Assembly (NCBI GenBank): GCA_963805495.1
Contig: CAWDUQ010000002.1
Location: forward strand, 17,244 to 81,243
Length of the DNA stretch: 64,000 nt
Reading direction: 5' to 3'
Source of the DNA: an uncultured Acidobacteriota bacterium
GTDB taxonomy: Bacteria > Acidobacteriota > Thermoanaerobaculia > UBA5066 > Gp7-AA6
Part shown: piece after piece, positions 26,205 to 34,950 of the stretch
Position numbering within the stretch: position 1 is the first letter of the stretch
Layout of the letters: the number at the start of each line of letters is the position of its first letter
The notes under the pieces: generated by a model
What the model was told of the DNA's origin: nothing
The model's database searches: none
What the model saw: only the letters and a program-made list of their open reading frames with translations
Made by a program: the position numbers and the translations under genes

Positions 26205-27860
26205 ATGAGAAAGCTTCTCGTCGCGATCGGAATGTGGGCGGCGATCGTACTTTCGCCGGCGCGCGCACAGGACCAGCATGCGCACGTCCACGACGTCGGG
26301 GAGAACTTCGGAAAGGTCCGGTTTGCCGCGTCCTGCCGCGCCGAGGCCATGCCGGTCTTCACGCGAGCCGTCGCGCAGCTTCACTCCTTCGGGTACGAGG
26401 AGTCGCGCCGCTCCTTCGAGGAGGCGGCGCGCCTCGACCCGCGGTGCGGGATCATCTTCTGGGGCGTCGCGATGACCTGGTACCACCCGCTCTGGTCGCC
26501 GCCCTCCGCGGAGGACCTCGCCGCGGGTCGCGCGGCCGCGGCCCGCGCCGCCGAGCTCGGCGGCGGCACCGAGCGCGAGGCCGCGTTCATCGCGGCGATC
26601 GGGACCTTCTACCGCGATCCGGACAAGACGCCCCAGGGCGTCCGCGCGCAAGCCTATGCACGGGCCATGGAGAGCGTGTCCGCCCGCTTTCCCGACGACC
26701 ACGAGGCCGCGATCTTCTACGCGCTCGCGCTTCTGGGCTCGGCGCCGCCGGTGGATCCCACGTACGCCAATCAGAAGAAGGCGGCCGCGATCCTGAACGG
26801 CATCCTGTCGCTCGAGCCGGAGCACCCCGGCGTCGCGCACTACATGATCCACGCCTTCGACTATCCGGCCCTGGCGCGGGACGCGCTTCCGGCCGCGCGC
26901 GCGTACTCGAAGATCGCACCGTCGTCGCCGCACGCGCTCCACATGCCGTCGCACATCTTCACGCGGCTGGGCCTCTGGCAGGAATCCATCGACTCCAACC
27001 TGGCGTCGGCGGAGGCCGGGCGCCAGCTCGTCGCGAAGCGTCATCCGGGGGCGATGCACTTCGACACCCTCCATGCGCTCGACTATCTCGAGTACGCATA
27101 CCAGCAGATCGGCGACGAGGCGCACGCCCGGGCAGTCCTCGAGGAGACGGCCGGGGCGCGCGAATTCGACGAGGCGACCTTTTCCGCCGGTTACGCGCTC
27201 GTCGCCGTCCCGGCCCGCTGGACCCTCGAGCGGCGCGACTGGAAAGCGGCGGCGGAGCTCGAGCCGTCGTCCCTGCACCTGCCGTGGGACCGCTTCGTCT
27301 ACGCGCCCGCGATCACGCAGTTCGCGAAGGCCCTCGGCGCGGCGCGGTCCGGTCAGAAGGAGAAGGCGCGGGAAGCCATCGATCGGATCTCGCAGATCCA
27401 TGCGAAGCTCGTGGAGAAGCCGGTGGCCGGCCCGTACGACTGGGCCATGCAGGTCGAGTCGATGCGGCTTGCCGCGGCCGCCTGGCTCGCCTTCGCCGAG
27501 GGCCGCAAGGAGGAGGCGCTCACGACGGCGCGTGCCGCGGCGGGGCTCGACGAGAAGTCGGGCAAGCATCCCGTGACGCCGGGCGCGATCCTGCCGCCGC
27601 GGGAGCTCCTCGCCGACATGCTCCTCGAGATGGGAAAGCCGGCGGAAGCGCTGGAGGAGTATCGCGCTTCGCTGCGCCTCGCACCGGCGCGATTCAACAG
27701 CTTCGTCGGCGCCGCCCGCGCGGCCGAGGCCGCGGGAGACATGGCGGCGGCGGCTGCGTATTATCGAGCGCTCGTCGCACAGTGCTTGCCGGATTCGCCG
27801 CGACCTGAGCTCGCGCAGGCGCGCGCCTTCCTCGCGCTTCCCGCCGTCGCGGGGGAGTGA
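26205..27860 (+). CDS. Secreted hypothetical protein with a TPR-like C-terminal region and conserved His blocks
   Basis: It has a signal peptide. The blocks HYMIHAFDYP and SSPHALHMPSHIFTRLGLW are present and the C-terminus is helical and repeat-like. I could not name a family. Confidence 0.6.
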   Translation: MRKLLVAIGMWAAIVLSPARAQDQHAHVHDVGENFGKVRFAASCRAEAMPVFTRAVAQLHSFGYEESRRSFEEAARLDPRCGIIFWGVAMTWYHPLWSPPSAEDLAAGRAAAARAAELGGGTEREAAFIAAIGTFYRDPDKTPQGVRAQAYARAMESVSARFPDDHEAAIFYALALLGSAPPVDPTYANQKKAAAILNGILSLEPEHPGVAHYMIHAFDYPALARDALPAARAYSKIAPSSPHALHMPSHIFTRLGLWQESIDSNLASAEAGRQLVAKRHPGAMHFDTLHALDYLEYAYQQIGDEAHARAVLEETAGAREFDEATFSAGYALVAVPARWTLERRDWKAAAELEPSSLHLPWDRFVYAPAITQFAKALGAARSGQKEKAREAIDRISQIHAKLVEKPVAGPYDWAMQVESMRLAAAAWLAFAEGRKEEALTTARAAAGLDEKSGKHPVTPGAILPPRELLADMLLEMGKPAEALEEYRASLRLAPARFNSFVGAARAAEAAGDMAAAAAYYRALVAQCLPDSPRPELAQARAFLALPAVAGE

Positions 27861-27971
27861 CGCCAGGCGGAGGCGGACGGCCGCGTTCTCGCAGCTCCGG
27901 GAGTCGCCGGCGCCTTCGGCGCTGCGACGACGAGGCCGTGCCCGCCGAGCGTCGTTTGGCGCGCCCCGGCG

Positions 27972-28244
27972 CTATCGCGGGCGCGGGGTCTTCGTGGGAA
28001 CGACGGTGGCGACGGGGTAGACCGGCCTGATCGGACCGGGAGTCGGCGTCGGGGGTTCGTGCACGCCCTCCCGGTCGACGCTGACGGGGGGAGCGGCGGG
28101 CCCGGAGACGAACGCCTCCGTTCCGTCCTCGCCGGACTGGATCGTCACGTCGGTTCCGCTGCATCGGGCGGCCGCGGCGGCCGCCACCGCGGCGGAGAGG
28201 GTCAGGGCGGCGCGCCAGGAGCCGGAAAGGCGGGGGAGACTCAT
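27972..28244 (-). CDS. Small secreted hypothetical protein
   Basis: GAGGTG lies 5-6 nt upstream of the ATG. The N-terminus is hydrophobic and the C-terminus is Pro-rich. No homology was recognised. Confidence 0.4.
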   Translation of the reverse strand: MSLPRLSGSWRAALTLSAAVAAAAAARCSGTDVTIQSGEDGTEAFVSGPAAPPVSVDREGVHEPPTPTPGPIRPVYPVATVVPTKTPRPR

Positions 28245-28304
28245 CGCTTCACCTCGGTGTTGAGAGAAGTAAACACCATCCGAGGTGACAGCGGACCCCG
28301 GCTA

Positions 28305-29270
28305 TCAGTAGCGCCCGCCGACCGGCGCCGGGATCGCGTCGAGCGCGGCGAGGTCCTCGGACGTCAGCGCGATGTCCGCCGCGGCCACGTTCTGCTCGAG
28401 GTACTTGCGGCGCTGCGTGCCGGGGATCGCGAGCACCCGCGGTCCCTGGGCGAGGACCCAGGCGAGGGCGATCTGCGCGGCGGTGACGCCGCGGCGCTCG
28501 GCAGCCGCGCGCACGGCGTCGACGATGCGCTGGTTGGCGGCGACGGCCTCGGCGGAGAAGCGGGGAAGCCGCGAGCGAAAGTCCTCCGGGCCGAAGCGCG
28601 CGTCGGCGGCGATCGCTCCCGTGAGGAAGCCGCGCCCGAGCGGCGAGAAGGCGACGAACGACGCGCCGCGGGAGTGGCACCACGGAACGATCGAGGCGAC
28701 GTAGTCGCGCGTCCAGAGCGAGAGCTCCGACTGCACGGCGGCGACGGGGTGAATCGCCGAGACCTTGTCGAGTTCCTCGACGGTCGGCTCCGAGATCCCC
28801 AGCCAGCGCACCTTCCCCGCCGCGACGAGTTGGGCCATGGCCGCCCAGGTGTCCTCGACCGGCACCTTCGGGTCGACGCGGTGCAGGTAGTAGAGATCGA
28901 TCGTGTCGACGCCGAGGCGGGCGAGCGAGGCGTCGGCGGCCTCGCGGACGTGCTCGGGCCGGCCGTCGCGGCCGTACTTGTAGGTCGCGGGGTCCTCGAC
29001 CACCAGGCCGACCTTCGTCGCGAGCGTCACCCGGTCGCGGCGGCCCTCGAGGGCACGCCCGACGAGGCGCTCGTTGGTGAAGGGACCGTAGGCGTCGGAG
29101 GTGTCGAAGTGGTTGACGCCGAGATCGACGGCCTGGTGAATCAGGTCGATCCCGGCGGCTTCGTCGACGGCCGCGTCGCGGTAGGCCCAGGACAGGCCCA
29201 TGCAGCCCAAACCGACTGGGTGGACGAAACGGCCGGTCGAACCGAGTTGACGCTCGTTCATGGGATCCAT
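28305..29270 (-). CDS. Aldo/keto reductase
   Basis: LGSTGRFVHPVGLGCMGLS, NHFDTSDAYGPFTNERLVG and IDLYYLHRVDP are AKR blocks. The start at 29270 is preferred because GAGGTGG lies upstream; the alternatives are 29261 and 29282. Confidence 0.9.
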   Translation of the reverse strand: MDPMNERQLGSTGRFVHPVGLGCMGLSWAYRDAAVDEAAGIDLIHQAVDLGVNHFDTSDAYGPFTNERLVGRALEGRRDRVTLATKVGLVVEDPATYKYGRDGRPEHVREAADASLARLGVDTIDLYYLHRVDPKVPVEDTWAAMAQLVAAGKVRWLGISEPTVEELDKVSAIHPVAAVQSELSLWTRDYVASIVPWCHSRGASFVAFSPLGRGFLTGAIAADARFGPEDFRSRLPRFSAEAVAANQRIVDAVRAAAERRGVTAAQIALAWVLAQGPRVLAIPGTQRRKYLEQNVAAADIALTSEDLAALDAIPAPVGGRY

Positions 29271-29418
29271 GCTATAGTCCACCTCGTTCTCGGTTCGCTC
29301 GCCTTTTGCCAGACCCGTTCTGTCGAACTCCGAACGAAATACTCACGAGAATGCGGAGCGCCGCGCCGGCGGCGCCGCCGCCACAGAACTAATTCCGGCG
29401 GACTCAAGGATGGACCCG

Positions 29419-29706
29419 ATGAAGCTCTACGTAGGTAACCTCCCGTACAACATCTCCGATGATCAGCTCGAGGCAATGTTCACCAAGTTCGGCCAGCCCG
29501 ACTCGGCCCGCGTCATCACGGACCGTGATACCGGCCAGTCCAAGGGATTCGGCTTCGTCGAGTTCTCGAACGACGAGCAGGCCAAGCAGGCTCTGACGAT
29601 GAACGGCACCGATCTCGGCGGCCGGTCGCTCAAGGTCAACGAGGCGCGGCCGAAGCCCGAGGGCGGCGGCGGCGGTGGTTACGGCGGCGGGCGTCCCCGC
29701 TACTGA
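29419..29706 (+). CDS. RRM-type RNA-binding protein with a Gly-rich tail
   Basis: RNP2 LYVGNL and RNP1 KGFGFVEF are present, and the C-terminus reads GGGGGGYGGG. The ATG at 29419 has AGGA 8 nt upstream; the alternative ATG is at 29410. Confidence 0.9.
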   Translation: MKLYVGNLPYNISDDQLEAMFTKFGQPDSARVITDRDTGQSKGFGFVEFSNDEQAKQALTMNGTDLGGRSLKVNEARPKPEGGGGGGYGGGRPRY

Positions 29707-29731
29707 ACCAGGCAACGATTCGGTGATTTCC

Positions 29732-29761
29732 GAGGCGGGGGCAACCCCGCCTCTTTCTTTT
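29732..29761 (+). terminator. Rho-independent terminator
   Basis: GAGGCGGGG-GCAA-CCCCGCCTC followed by TTTCTTTT. Confidence 0.8.
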
Positions 29762-29910
29762 GGGGTCAGCCCTGAAAGTCTGAAAGTTGAGCGCCTCTCC
29801 ACGACCGGCGTTGCCGAACTCCCTGGCCGCGTGGCTCGATGCGGCCGATGACCCCTCAGTGTCAGACTTTCAGGTCCGGCCCCAAGTGTCATTCTTTCAG
29901 GGCTGACCCC
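29762..29910. repeat. Composite family-1 element (three units)
   Basis: 29762-29790: GGGGTCAGCCCTGAAAGTCTGAAAGTTGA. 29856-29883 reverse complement: GGGGCCGGACCTGAAAGTCTGACACTGA. 29884-29910 reverse complement: GGGGTCAGCCCTGAAAGAATGACACTT. An extra TGACCCC lies at 29849-29855. Confidence 0.8.
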
Positions 29911-29928
29911 ATTGGGTAGGATGAACGG

Positions 29929-30642
29929 ATGACACATTCGAGGGTGGCCCTGGTGACGGGAGGGACGCGGGGGATCGGGGAGGCGATCGCGCGGCGGCTG
30001 GCGAAGGACGGGTTCACGGTCTTCGTGTCGGGCCGGACGGACGGCTCGGTCGAAGAGGCCACGGCCCGGTTTGCGAAGGACGGGCTCGCGATCCGCGGGT
30101 TCGCGTCGGACGCGCGGCGCGAGGAGGACCAGAAGAGCCTCGTCGAGTCCGTCGCGCGCGAAGGCGGGCGGCTCGACGTGCTCGTCAACAACGCCGGGAT
30201 CGGGCGGTTCGACCCGGTCGACCGCCTCGAGCCCGAACAGTTCCGCGAAGTCCTCGAAACGAACCTCTTCGGCCCGTTCTACGCGATCCACTTCGCGGCT
30301 CCGCTCATGAAGAAGTGCGGAGGCGGCTTCATCGTCAACATCGCGTCGCTCGCCGGCGTCAACGCGTTTACCGGCGGCAGCGCCTACAACGCTTCGAAGT
30401 TCGGTCTCCTCGGCTTCTCGGAGGCCGCGATGCTCGATCTGCGCCACCAGGGCATTCGCATCGCGGCCGTCCTCCCCGGTTCCGTCGCGACGGACTGGAT
30501 GCACTCCCATGGGAACCAGGACACGTCCTGGATGCTCCAGCCCGACGACGTGGCCGAGGCCGTGGCGGACCTCGTGCGTTTCCCGGACCGGGCAATCCCC
30601 TCGCGGATCGACCTGCGGCCCTCGCGGCCGCCCAGGAAGTAG
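29929..30642 (+). CDS. SDR-family oxidoreductase
   Basis: TGGTRGIG, NNAG and the YNASK catalytic motif are present. Confidence 0.9.
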   Translation: MTHSRVALVTGGTRGIGEAIARRLAKDGFTVFVSGRTDGSVEEATARFAKDGLAIRGFASDARREEDQKSLVESVAREGGRLDVLVNNAGIGRFDPVDRLEPEQFREVLETNLFGPFYAIHFAAPLMKKCGGGFIVNIASLAGVNAFTGGSAYNASKFGLLGFSEAAMLDLRHQGIRIAAVLPGSVATDWMHSHGNQDTSWMLQPDDVAEAVADLVRFPDRAIPSRIDLRPSRPPRK

Positions 30643-30885
30643 CTAGCTCTCGTCCTTCTCGGCGTCTTCGCGCGTCCGCTCGGTGATCACCCCGGCCTTC
30701 AAGAGTCCGGAGCCCCCCGTCGGGCCGGTCGCGCCGACCCCGGCGAATCCGCTCCCGAAGTGGATGTTCCCACCCGCGCTCGGATTGTTCGGGTAGCCGC
30801 GGTAGCCGTGTTTGCGCCGTTTGCGCGAGGGCGGCGGCTCGGGAGGGGGAGTCTGGGGGTTCCTGGGGTTCTGAGGATCGGACAT
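30643..30885 (-). CDS. Small low-complexity hypothetical protein
   Basis: AAGGAG lies 6 nt upstream of the ATG at 30885. The 80-aa product is rich in Pro, Gly and basic residues (MSDPQNPRNPQTPPPEPPPSRKRRKHGYRGY..). No family was recognised. Confidence 0.45.
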   Translation of the reverse strand: MSDPQNPRNPQTPPPEPPPSRKRRKHGYRGYPNNPSAGGNIHFGSGFAGVGATGPTGGSGLLKAGVITERTREDAEKDES

Positions 30886-30972
30886 AGAGGCTCCTTTCCG
30901 GAGGGGTACCTCCTCCAAACCCAGAACCTCCAGGAAGCCGGATCTATTCGCGGCGCGGGCCGGTGCGTGTTC

Positions 30973-32721
30973 TCAGTAGCGCCAGCTCTTCAAATCCGCT
31001 CCCGGCGGCGCGCTCTTTTCGATCCGTTCCACGATCCTCGGCGCGTACATCTGGTCGTAGCGCAGGCGCGAGATGTGGTTCGGTTGCGTGTGGTCCCCGT
31101 TCCAGCAGTGCTCGGCGCGCGCGCCGTAGTCGATCTCGCCGGCGTAGTACGGGTCGGAGGTCCGGAGAAAATCCTCGGCGAGGTAGACGGCGTTGTTCAG
31201 GTAGTAGTTGTCGGCCTCGCCCACGTAGATGTGGATCTTTCCGACGAGCTTCTGGCCGAGCCCCTTCGACCAGTTGCGCTTGAGAATGTCGACGAGGTCG
31301 TAGTTCTCCTTCCAGTACGCCGCGACGGACTTGTCGATGACGCCCGTGCGTCGGTCCCAGATGCGCTTCGGATATCCGTCGGGCCCGACGGGGGAGTAGA
31401 CGGCTTCCCAGATGTCGAGCTGCCCGCCCGAGCGTGTCTTTTCGCCGACCACGATCTCGAAGCGGCTTTGCTGTTCGATGGTCCCCTGCAGGTGGCCGAG
31501 GTAGTCGCGGTGCGCGGGTGTCGCGATCTTCGTCCACGGACTCGACCAGAAGAACGCGTTGGGCTGGTCGTAGATGTTGACCGTCATGTAGGCGTGGAAG
31601 TCGATCGGGTCCGGGCAGGCGGCCCAGCAGCCGTTGAACTCGTCGGGATAGAGGATCTGAGCGGCGAGCGCCTCCCAGCCTCCCGTCGAGCCGCCGTACA
31701 TGAAGCGCGCCCAGCCGGCGCCGAGCGCGCGGTACTTCTTCTCCAGGTAGGGGATCAGCTCGTAGGTGATCGCGTCGCCCCAGGGGCCGAGGTTCTGCGA
31801 GTTGACGGCGTAGGAGTCGTCGTAGAAGGGGTTGGCGTGCTGGATTTCGATCAGCAGGTACCGGGGATAGCCCGGTCCCGTCCAGTCCTCGTAGAACTGG
31901 TGCGCGAGTTCCTGCTCGATCCGGTTGTAGCCCTCGACGTGAAATCTCTCCGAGTACTTGGGCGGCAGGTTCGGGTCCGGCGGTTCCGGCCGGAACCCCT
32001 CGAGCGTGTAGGGGAAGTGGCCGTGGTTGATGACGAGCGGGTAACGCGCCTCCGGGTGCGCGTCGTAGCCCTCGGGAAGCAGGACGTGGGCGCCGAGGTA
32101 CATCGGCCGCCCCCAGAACTTCGTCAGGCGCTCCGAAAGGATCTTCTCGTGCTTGATGTACTTCGTCGTCGGCGGATCGGGGATCGGCGGGATGACCTGG
32201 TCGAGCTCGATGCGGATGGTCTCGGCCCGGGCCGGATCGATCGTGATCGCGCGCGGCGTCGAGTAGAGATTGCCGGGCGCTTTGCTCCACTGCTGACCCT
32301 CGCCCCGGTCCATCGGGAGCTTCACGGTGTGGCCGTCGGCGCGGCGGAAGGTCTCGTAGCGGTGGAGGAGCGCCTGGACCTGGTAGGTGCCCGGAGGAAT
32401 CTCGGCGAGGCTCACCGTGGGGAAGCCCAGGACGCCGCCCTCGAAGACGGCGTCCGTTCCGGCCTTCCAGCCGTCGACGGCGATCCCGAAGACTTGCTGG
32501 CTGCGGAGCGCGTTGTCGGAGATCTGTGCCCGGGGCTCGTCGCTCGGATCGGTCGACAGGAGGAGCAGCAGCCGCCCGTCGAGCGGCGCGGCGCTCCGGC
32601 TCGCCGGGTACGTGATCGCGAAGCGCACCTTCGCGTCCTCAGCGCGCGGCGCCAGCGCCAGGGTGGCCGCGAGGGCCGTCGAAGCCAGAACGACGCACAC
32701 GGAGCGGCGCATCGACATCAT
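30973..32721 (-). CDS. Secreted putative esterase (alpha/beta-hydrolase, esterase-D-like)
   Basis: It has a signal peptide. The GGSTGGW nucleophile elbow (GxSxG) sits in the context ..RFMYGGSTGGWEALAAQ... The N-terminus is a beta-rich domain. Confidence 0.65.
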   Translation of the reverse strand: MMSMRRSVCVVLASTALAATLALAPRAEDAKVRFAITYPASRSAAPLDGRLLLLLSTDPSDEPRAQISDNALRSQQVFGIAVDGWKAGTDAVFEGGVLGFPTVSLAEIPPGTYQVQALLHRYETFRRADGHTVKLPMDRGEGQQWSKAPGNLYSTPRAITIDPARAETIRIELDQVIPPIPDPPTTKYIKHEKILSERLTKFWGRPMYLGAHVLLPEGYDAHPEARYPLVINHGHFPYTLEGFRPEPPDPNLPPKYSERFHVEGYNRIEQELAHQFYEDWTGPGYPRYLLIEIQHANPFYDDSYAVNSQNLGPWGDAITYELIPYLEKKYRALGAGWARFMYGGSTGGWEALAAQILYPDEFNGCWAACPDPIDFHAYMTVNIYDQPNAFFWSSPWTKIATPAHRDYLGHLQGTIEQQSRFEIVVGEKTRSGGQLDIWEAVYSPVGPDGYPKRIWDRRTGVIDKSVAAYWKENYDLVDILKRNWSKGLGQKLVGKIHIYVGEADNYYLNNAVYLAEDFLRTSDPYYAGEIDYGARAEHCWNGDHTQPNHISRLRYDQMYAPRIVERIEKSAPPGADLKSWRY

Positions 32722-32790
32722 TCATTCCTCCCGTCATCGGGTCGGAAGCATAACGTGCGGGGCCGCACGCCTCGCGGGTCGCCCCGGAGG

Positions 32791-34950
32791 CTACGGGCCG
32801 TACAGCCTGAGCCGGAACGTCTTGGCCAGAAATGGGGCCATCTGGCCGCGGGTGGTCGCGTTTCCGGGGCAGTAGTTCCCGCCGCCGCAGCCGGCGGCGA
32901 CGCCCCGGTTGGCCAGTTGCTCGATCCAGTCGGCGAAGAGGCTCGGACACGGAACGTCCGCGAAGGATCCGACGCACCCCGGAGGAACGTAGCCCGGGTC
33001 TTCGACCGTGCGCAGGAGGAAGACCGCCATCTGCTGCCGGAGGACCGGATCGTTCGGGCAGTAGTTCGGGCCGCCCGGGGCCGAGCAGCCGGCGACGATG
33101 CCGCGGTGGAACAGCTCCTCGATCCACGGCGCGAACGGGTCGGCCGCCGCGACGTCGTTGAACACCCCGGTGGCGGGCGGCGGAACGTAGGAGGGTCCGT
33201 TGCTCGCCTTGAGGACGAAGACGGCCATCTGCTTGCGCAGCGTGGAGGCGCCGGGGCAATACCCCCCGCATGCGCCGCCCGCGGTGATTCCGTTGTGGAA
33301 GATGTTTTCGACGAACGGATAGAAGATGTGGGACGTCGGCACGTCCGCGAAGCTCTCGCCGACGTGCAGGGTCCACGTCTTGGTGACTCCCGTGCCGAGC
33401 GCCTCGTCGAACGTCGCGTCCCAGTGCGGGGACGGGCGGGCGCCGGCAATCGAGAACTCGTAGCAGTTGGGACCGGCGTCGACGCAGCTCGCGTCCGACG
33501 CCGGAGGAATCGTTCCGTAGCCGGCGGCCGTGTCGCCGAGCGTGTACACCGGACCCACCGGCCCCTTGAAGTTGCCGGCGGTGCCCGACAACGGGAGACC
33601 GGATCCCGAGGAGTTCCTCCACGCCGGATCGACGGCCACGGTCTCGCCCGCTTCGAATATGCCGTTGACGTTGGAGGCGCCGCTCGAAGCGCGGCCGTCC
33701 ACGTTCATCGGCAGGGCTTCGGGGAAGCCGGCGCGACGGGCGAAGACCCCGAAGCTCGTCGGGCTGTCCTGCGCGATGCTCTGCCAGGCGGCCACGAACT
33801 GGCCGCTCGGGTCGACGGCGACCGCGGGCCGGCCCTGGTTGGCGTGGGACTCGACGTTCAAGCGAAACTCCGGCGCCGGGAGCGCGTCGGACGACGGGAA
33901 ACGCCGCGCCCACACCTCCGGGGCATCGGCGCTCGCTGGCGGCTCGGGACCCTGCCAGACCACGATCACGTCGCCCGCGGCGGAGACGACGGCCCTCGGC
34001 GAATCCTGGGACCCGGTCGTGTAGGTGTTGAGCGGAATCTCGTCGATGATCGGCGTCGAGCCGTCGAACCCGCGGCCGAAGACGCCGTTTCCGTCGCCGT
34101 CCTGCGGGCTCTGCCACGCGACGGCAAACGAGGTGGAGCTGAGCACGGCCACGCTCGGCGCCAGCTGCGCGCCGGTCGTGTAGGCATTGACCGGGATCTC
34201 GGACGACAGGGGGTTCCCGCCGGCGTCGAATCGCCTGGCGAAGATTCCCTCCATGTCGCCGTCCTGGCCGGGGCTTTCCCAGGCCACGACGAACTCGCCG
34301 GAGGAAGCCATCGCGACGTCGGGGTGCGTCTGATTTCCGGTCGTGTACGTGTTGACCACGAAGTCGTTGCCCTGCGGCGTCCCGGCGGAGTCGAAGCGCC
34401 GGGCGACGATCGCGAACCCGTTCGCATCCTGCGAGAAGCTCTGCCAGACGACGACGAAGTTGCCCGAGCCGTCCATCGCGACCCGGGGCGAGTCCTGGTT
34501 GCTCGTCGTGAACGAGTTGACCGGGAACTCGCCTCCCGCGGGCGCCCCGGCCGCGTCGAATCGCCGGCCGAAGACCCCGGTCCCGGAACCGTCCTCGCCG
34601 GTCTCCTGCTGCCAGACGACGACGAAGCCGCCGGCCGGAGCGCAGGCGACCGAGGCCGCGCTCTTCGTCCCGGACGTGTAGGTGTTGACCGGGAGCTCGG
34701 CCGTCAGCGCAGCGCCGGCCGGGTCGAAGAGGCGGGCGAAAACGCCGCGCGTCCCGTTGTCCTGCCCGACGCTGTCCCAGGCGACGACGAAGTTTCCGGA
34801 ATCCGCGGAGGAGACCGACGGATACGCCTGGTGGCCGGTCGTGTAGGTGTTGACCTGGAACTCCGGGCCGAGCGCCGGCACCTGGCCGAGGAGCGCGGAG
34901 CCGAGGAGGGCCTGTGTCAGCGCCAGGAGCGCGGAATACCGAAAACGCAT
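32791..34950 (-). CDS. Secreted protein with seven propeller-like repeats of 47-57 aa, a middle domain and three SLH-like modules
   Basis: The start MRFRYSALLAL.. at 34950 is preferred; the ORF opens at 35016. There are 7 units of (F/I/L)(P/Q/V/R)(V/L)N(T/S/A)(Y/F)T(T/S).Q..P.VA....G.FVV.W.S..QDG...G(V/I)F.RRFD..G.P...E spanning nt 33727-34860. There are 3 modules of F.DVP...F..(I/V)E.(L/I)...G(I/V).AGC.....(N/Y)(Y)CP......R.QMA.F(L/V) spanning nt 32794-33351. Confidence 0.8.
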   Translation of the reverse strand: MRFRYSALLALTQALLGSALLGQVPALGPEFQVNTYTTGHQAYPSVSSADSGNFVVAWDSVGQDNGTRGVFARLFDPAGAALTAELPVNTYTSGTKSAASVACAPAGGFVVVWQQETGEDGSGTGVFGRRFDAAGAPAGGEFPVNSFTTSNQDSPRVAMDGSGNFVVVWQSFSQDANGFAIVARRFDSAGTPQGNDFVVNTYTTGNQTHPDVAMASSGEFVVAWESPGQDGDMEGIFARRFDAGGNPLSSEIPVNAYTTGAQLAPSVAVLSSTSFAVAWQSPQDGDGNGVFGRGFDGSTPIIDEIPLNTYTTGSQDSPRAVVSAAGDVIVVWQGPEPPASADAPEVWARRFPSSDALPAPEFRLNVESHANQGRPAVAVDPSGQFVAAWQSIAQDSPTSFGVFARRAGFPEALPMNVDGRASSGASNVNGIFEAGETVAVDPAWRNSSGSGLPLSGTAGNFKGPVGPVYTLGDTAAGYGTIPPASDASCVDAGPNCYEFSIAGARPSPHWDATFDEALGTGVTKTWTLHVGESFADVPTSHIFYPFVENIFHNGITAGGACGGYCPGASTLRKQMAVFVLKASNGPSYVPPPATGVFNDVAAADPFAPWIEELFHRGIVAGCSAPGGPNYCPNDPVLRQQMAVFLLRTVEDPGYVPPGCVGSFADVPCPSLFADWIEQLANRGVAAGCGGGNYCPGNATTRGQMAPFLAKTFRLRLYGP

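Noticed and set aside
29762-29910. Possible CRISPR array, given the repeated 25-29-nt units here and at 48467-48519 and 50639-50692.
   Set aside because: There are only 2-3 units per locus, either directly abutting or in mixed orientation. There is no regular repeat-spacer periodicity and no cas genes in the window.
33727-34860. The seven repeats as RHS/YD, RTX or FG-GAP repeats, or as a polymorphic toxin.
   Set aside because: They lack the YD dipeptide pattern, the GGxGxD nonapeptides and the FG...GD.DGDG motif. No toxin-like C-terminal domain is present, and the C-terminus is three SLH modules.
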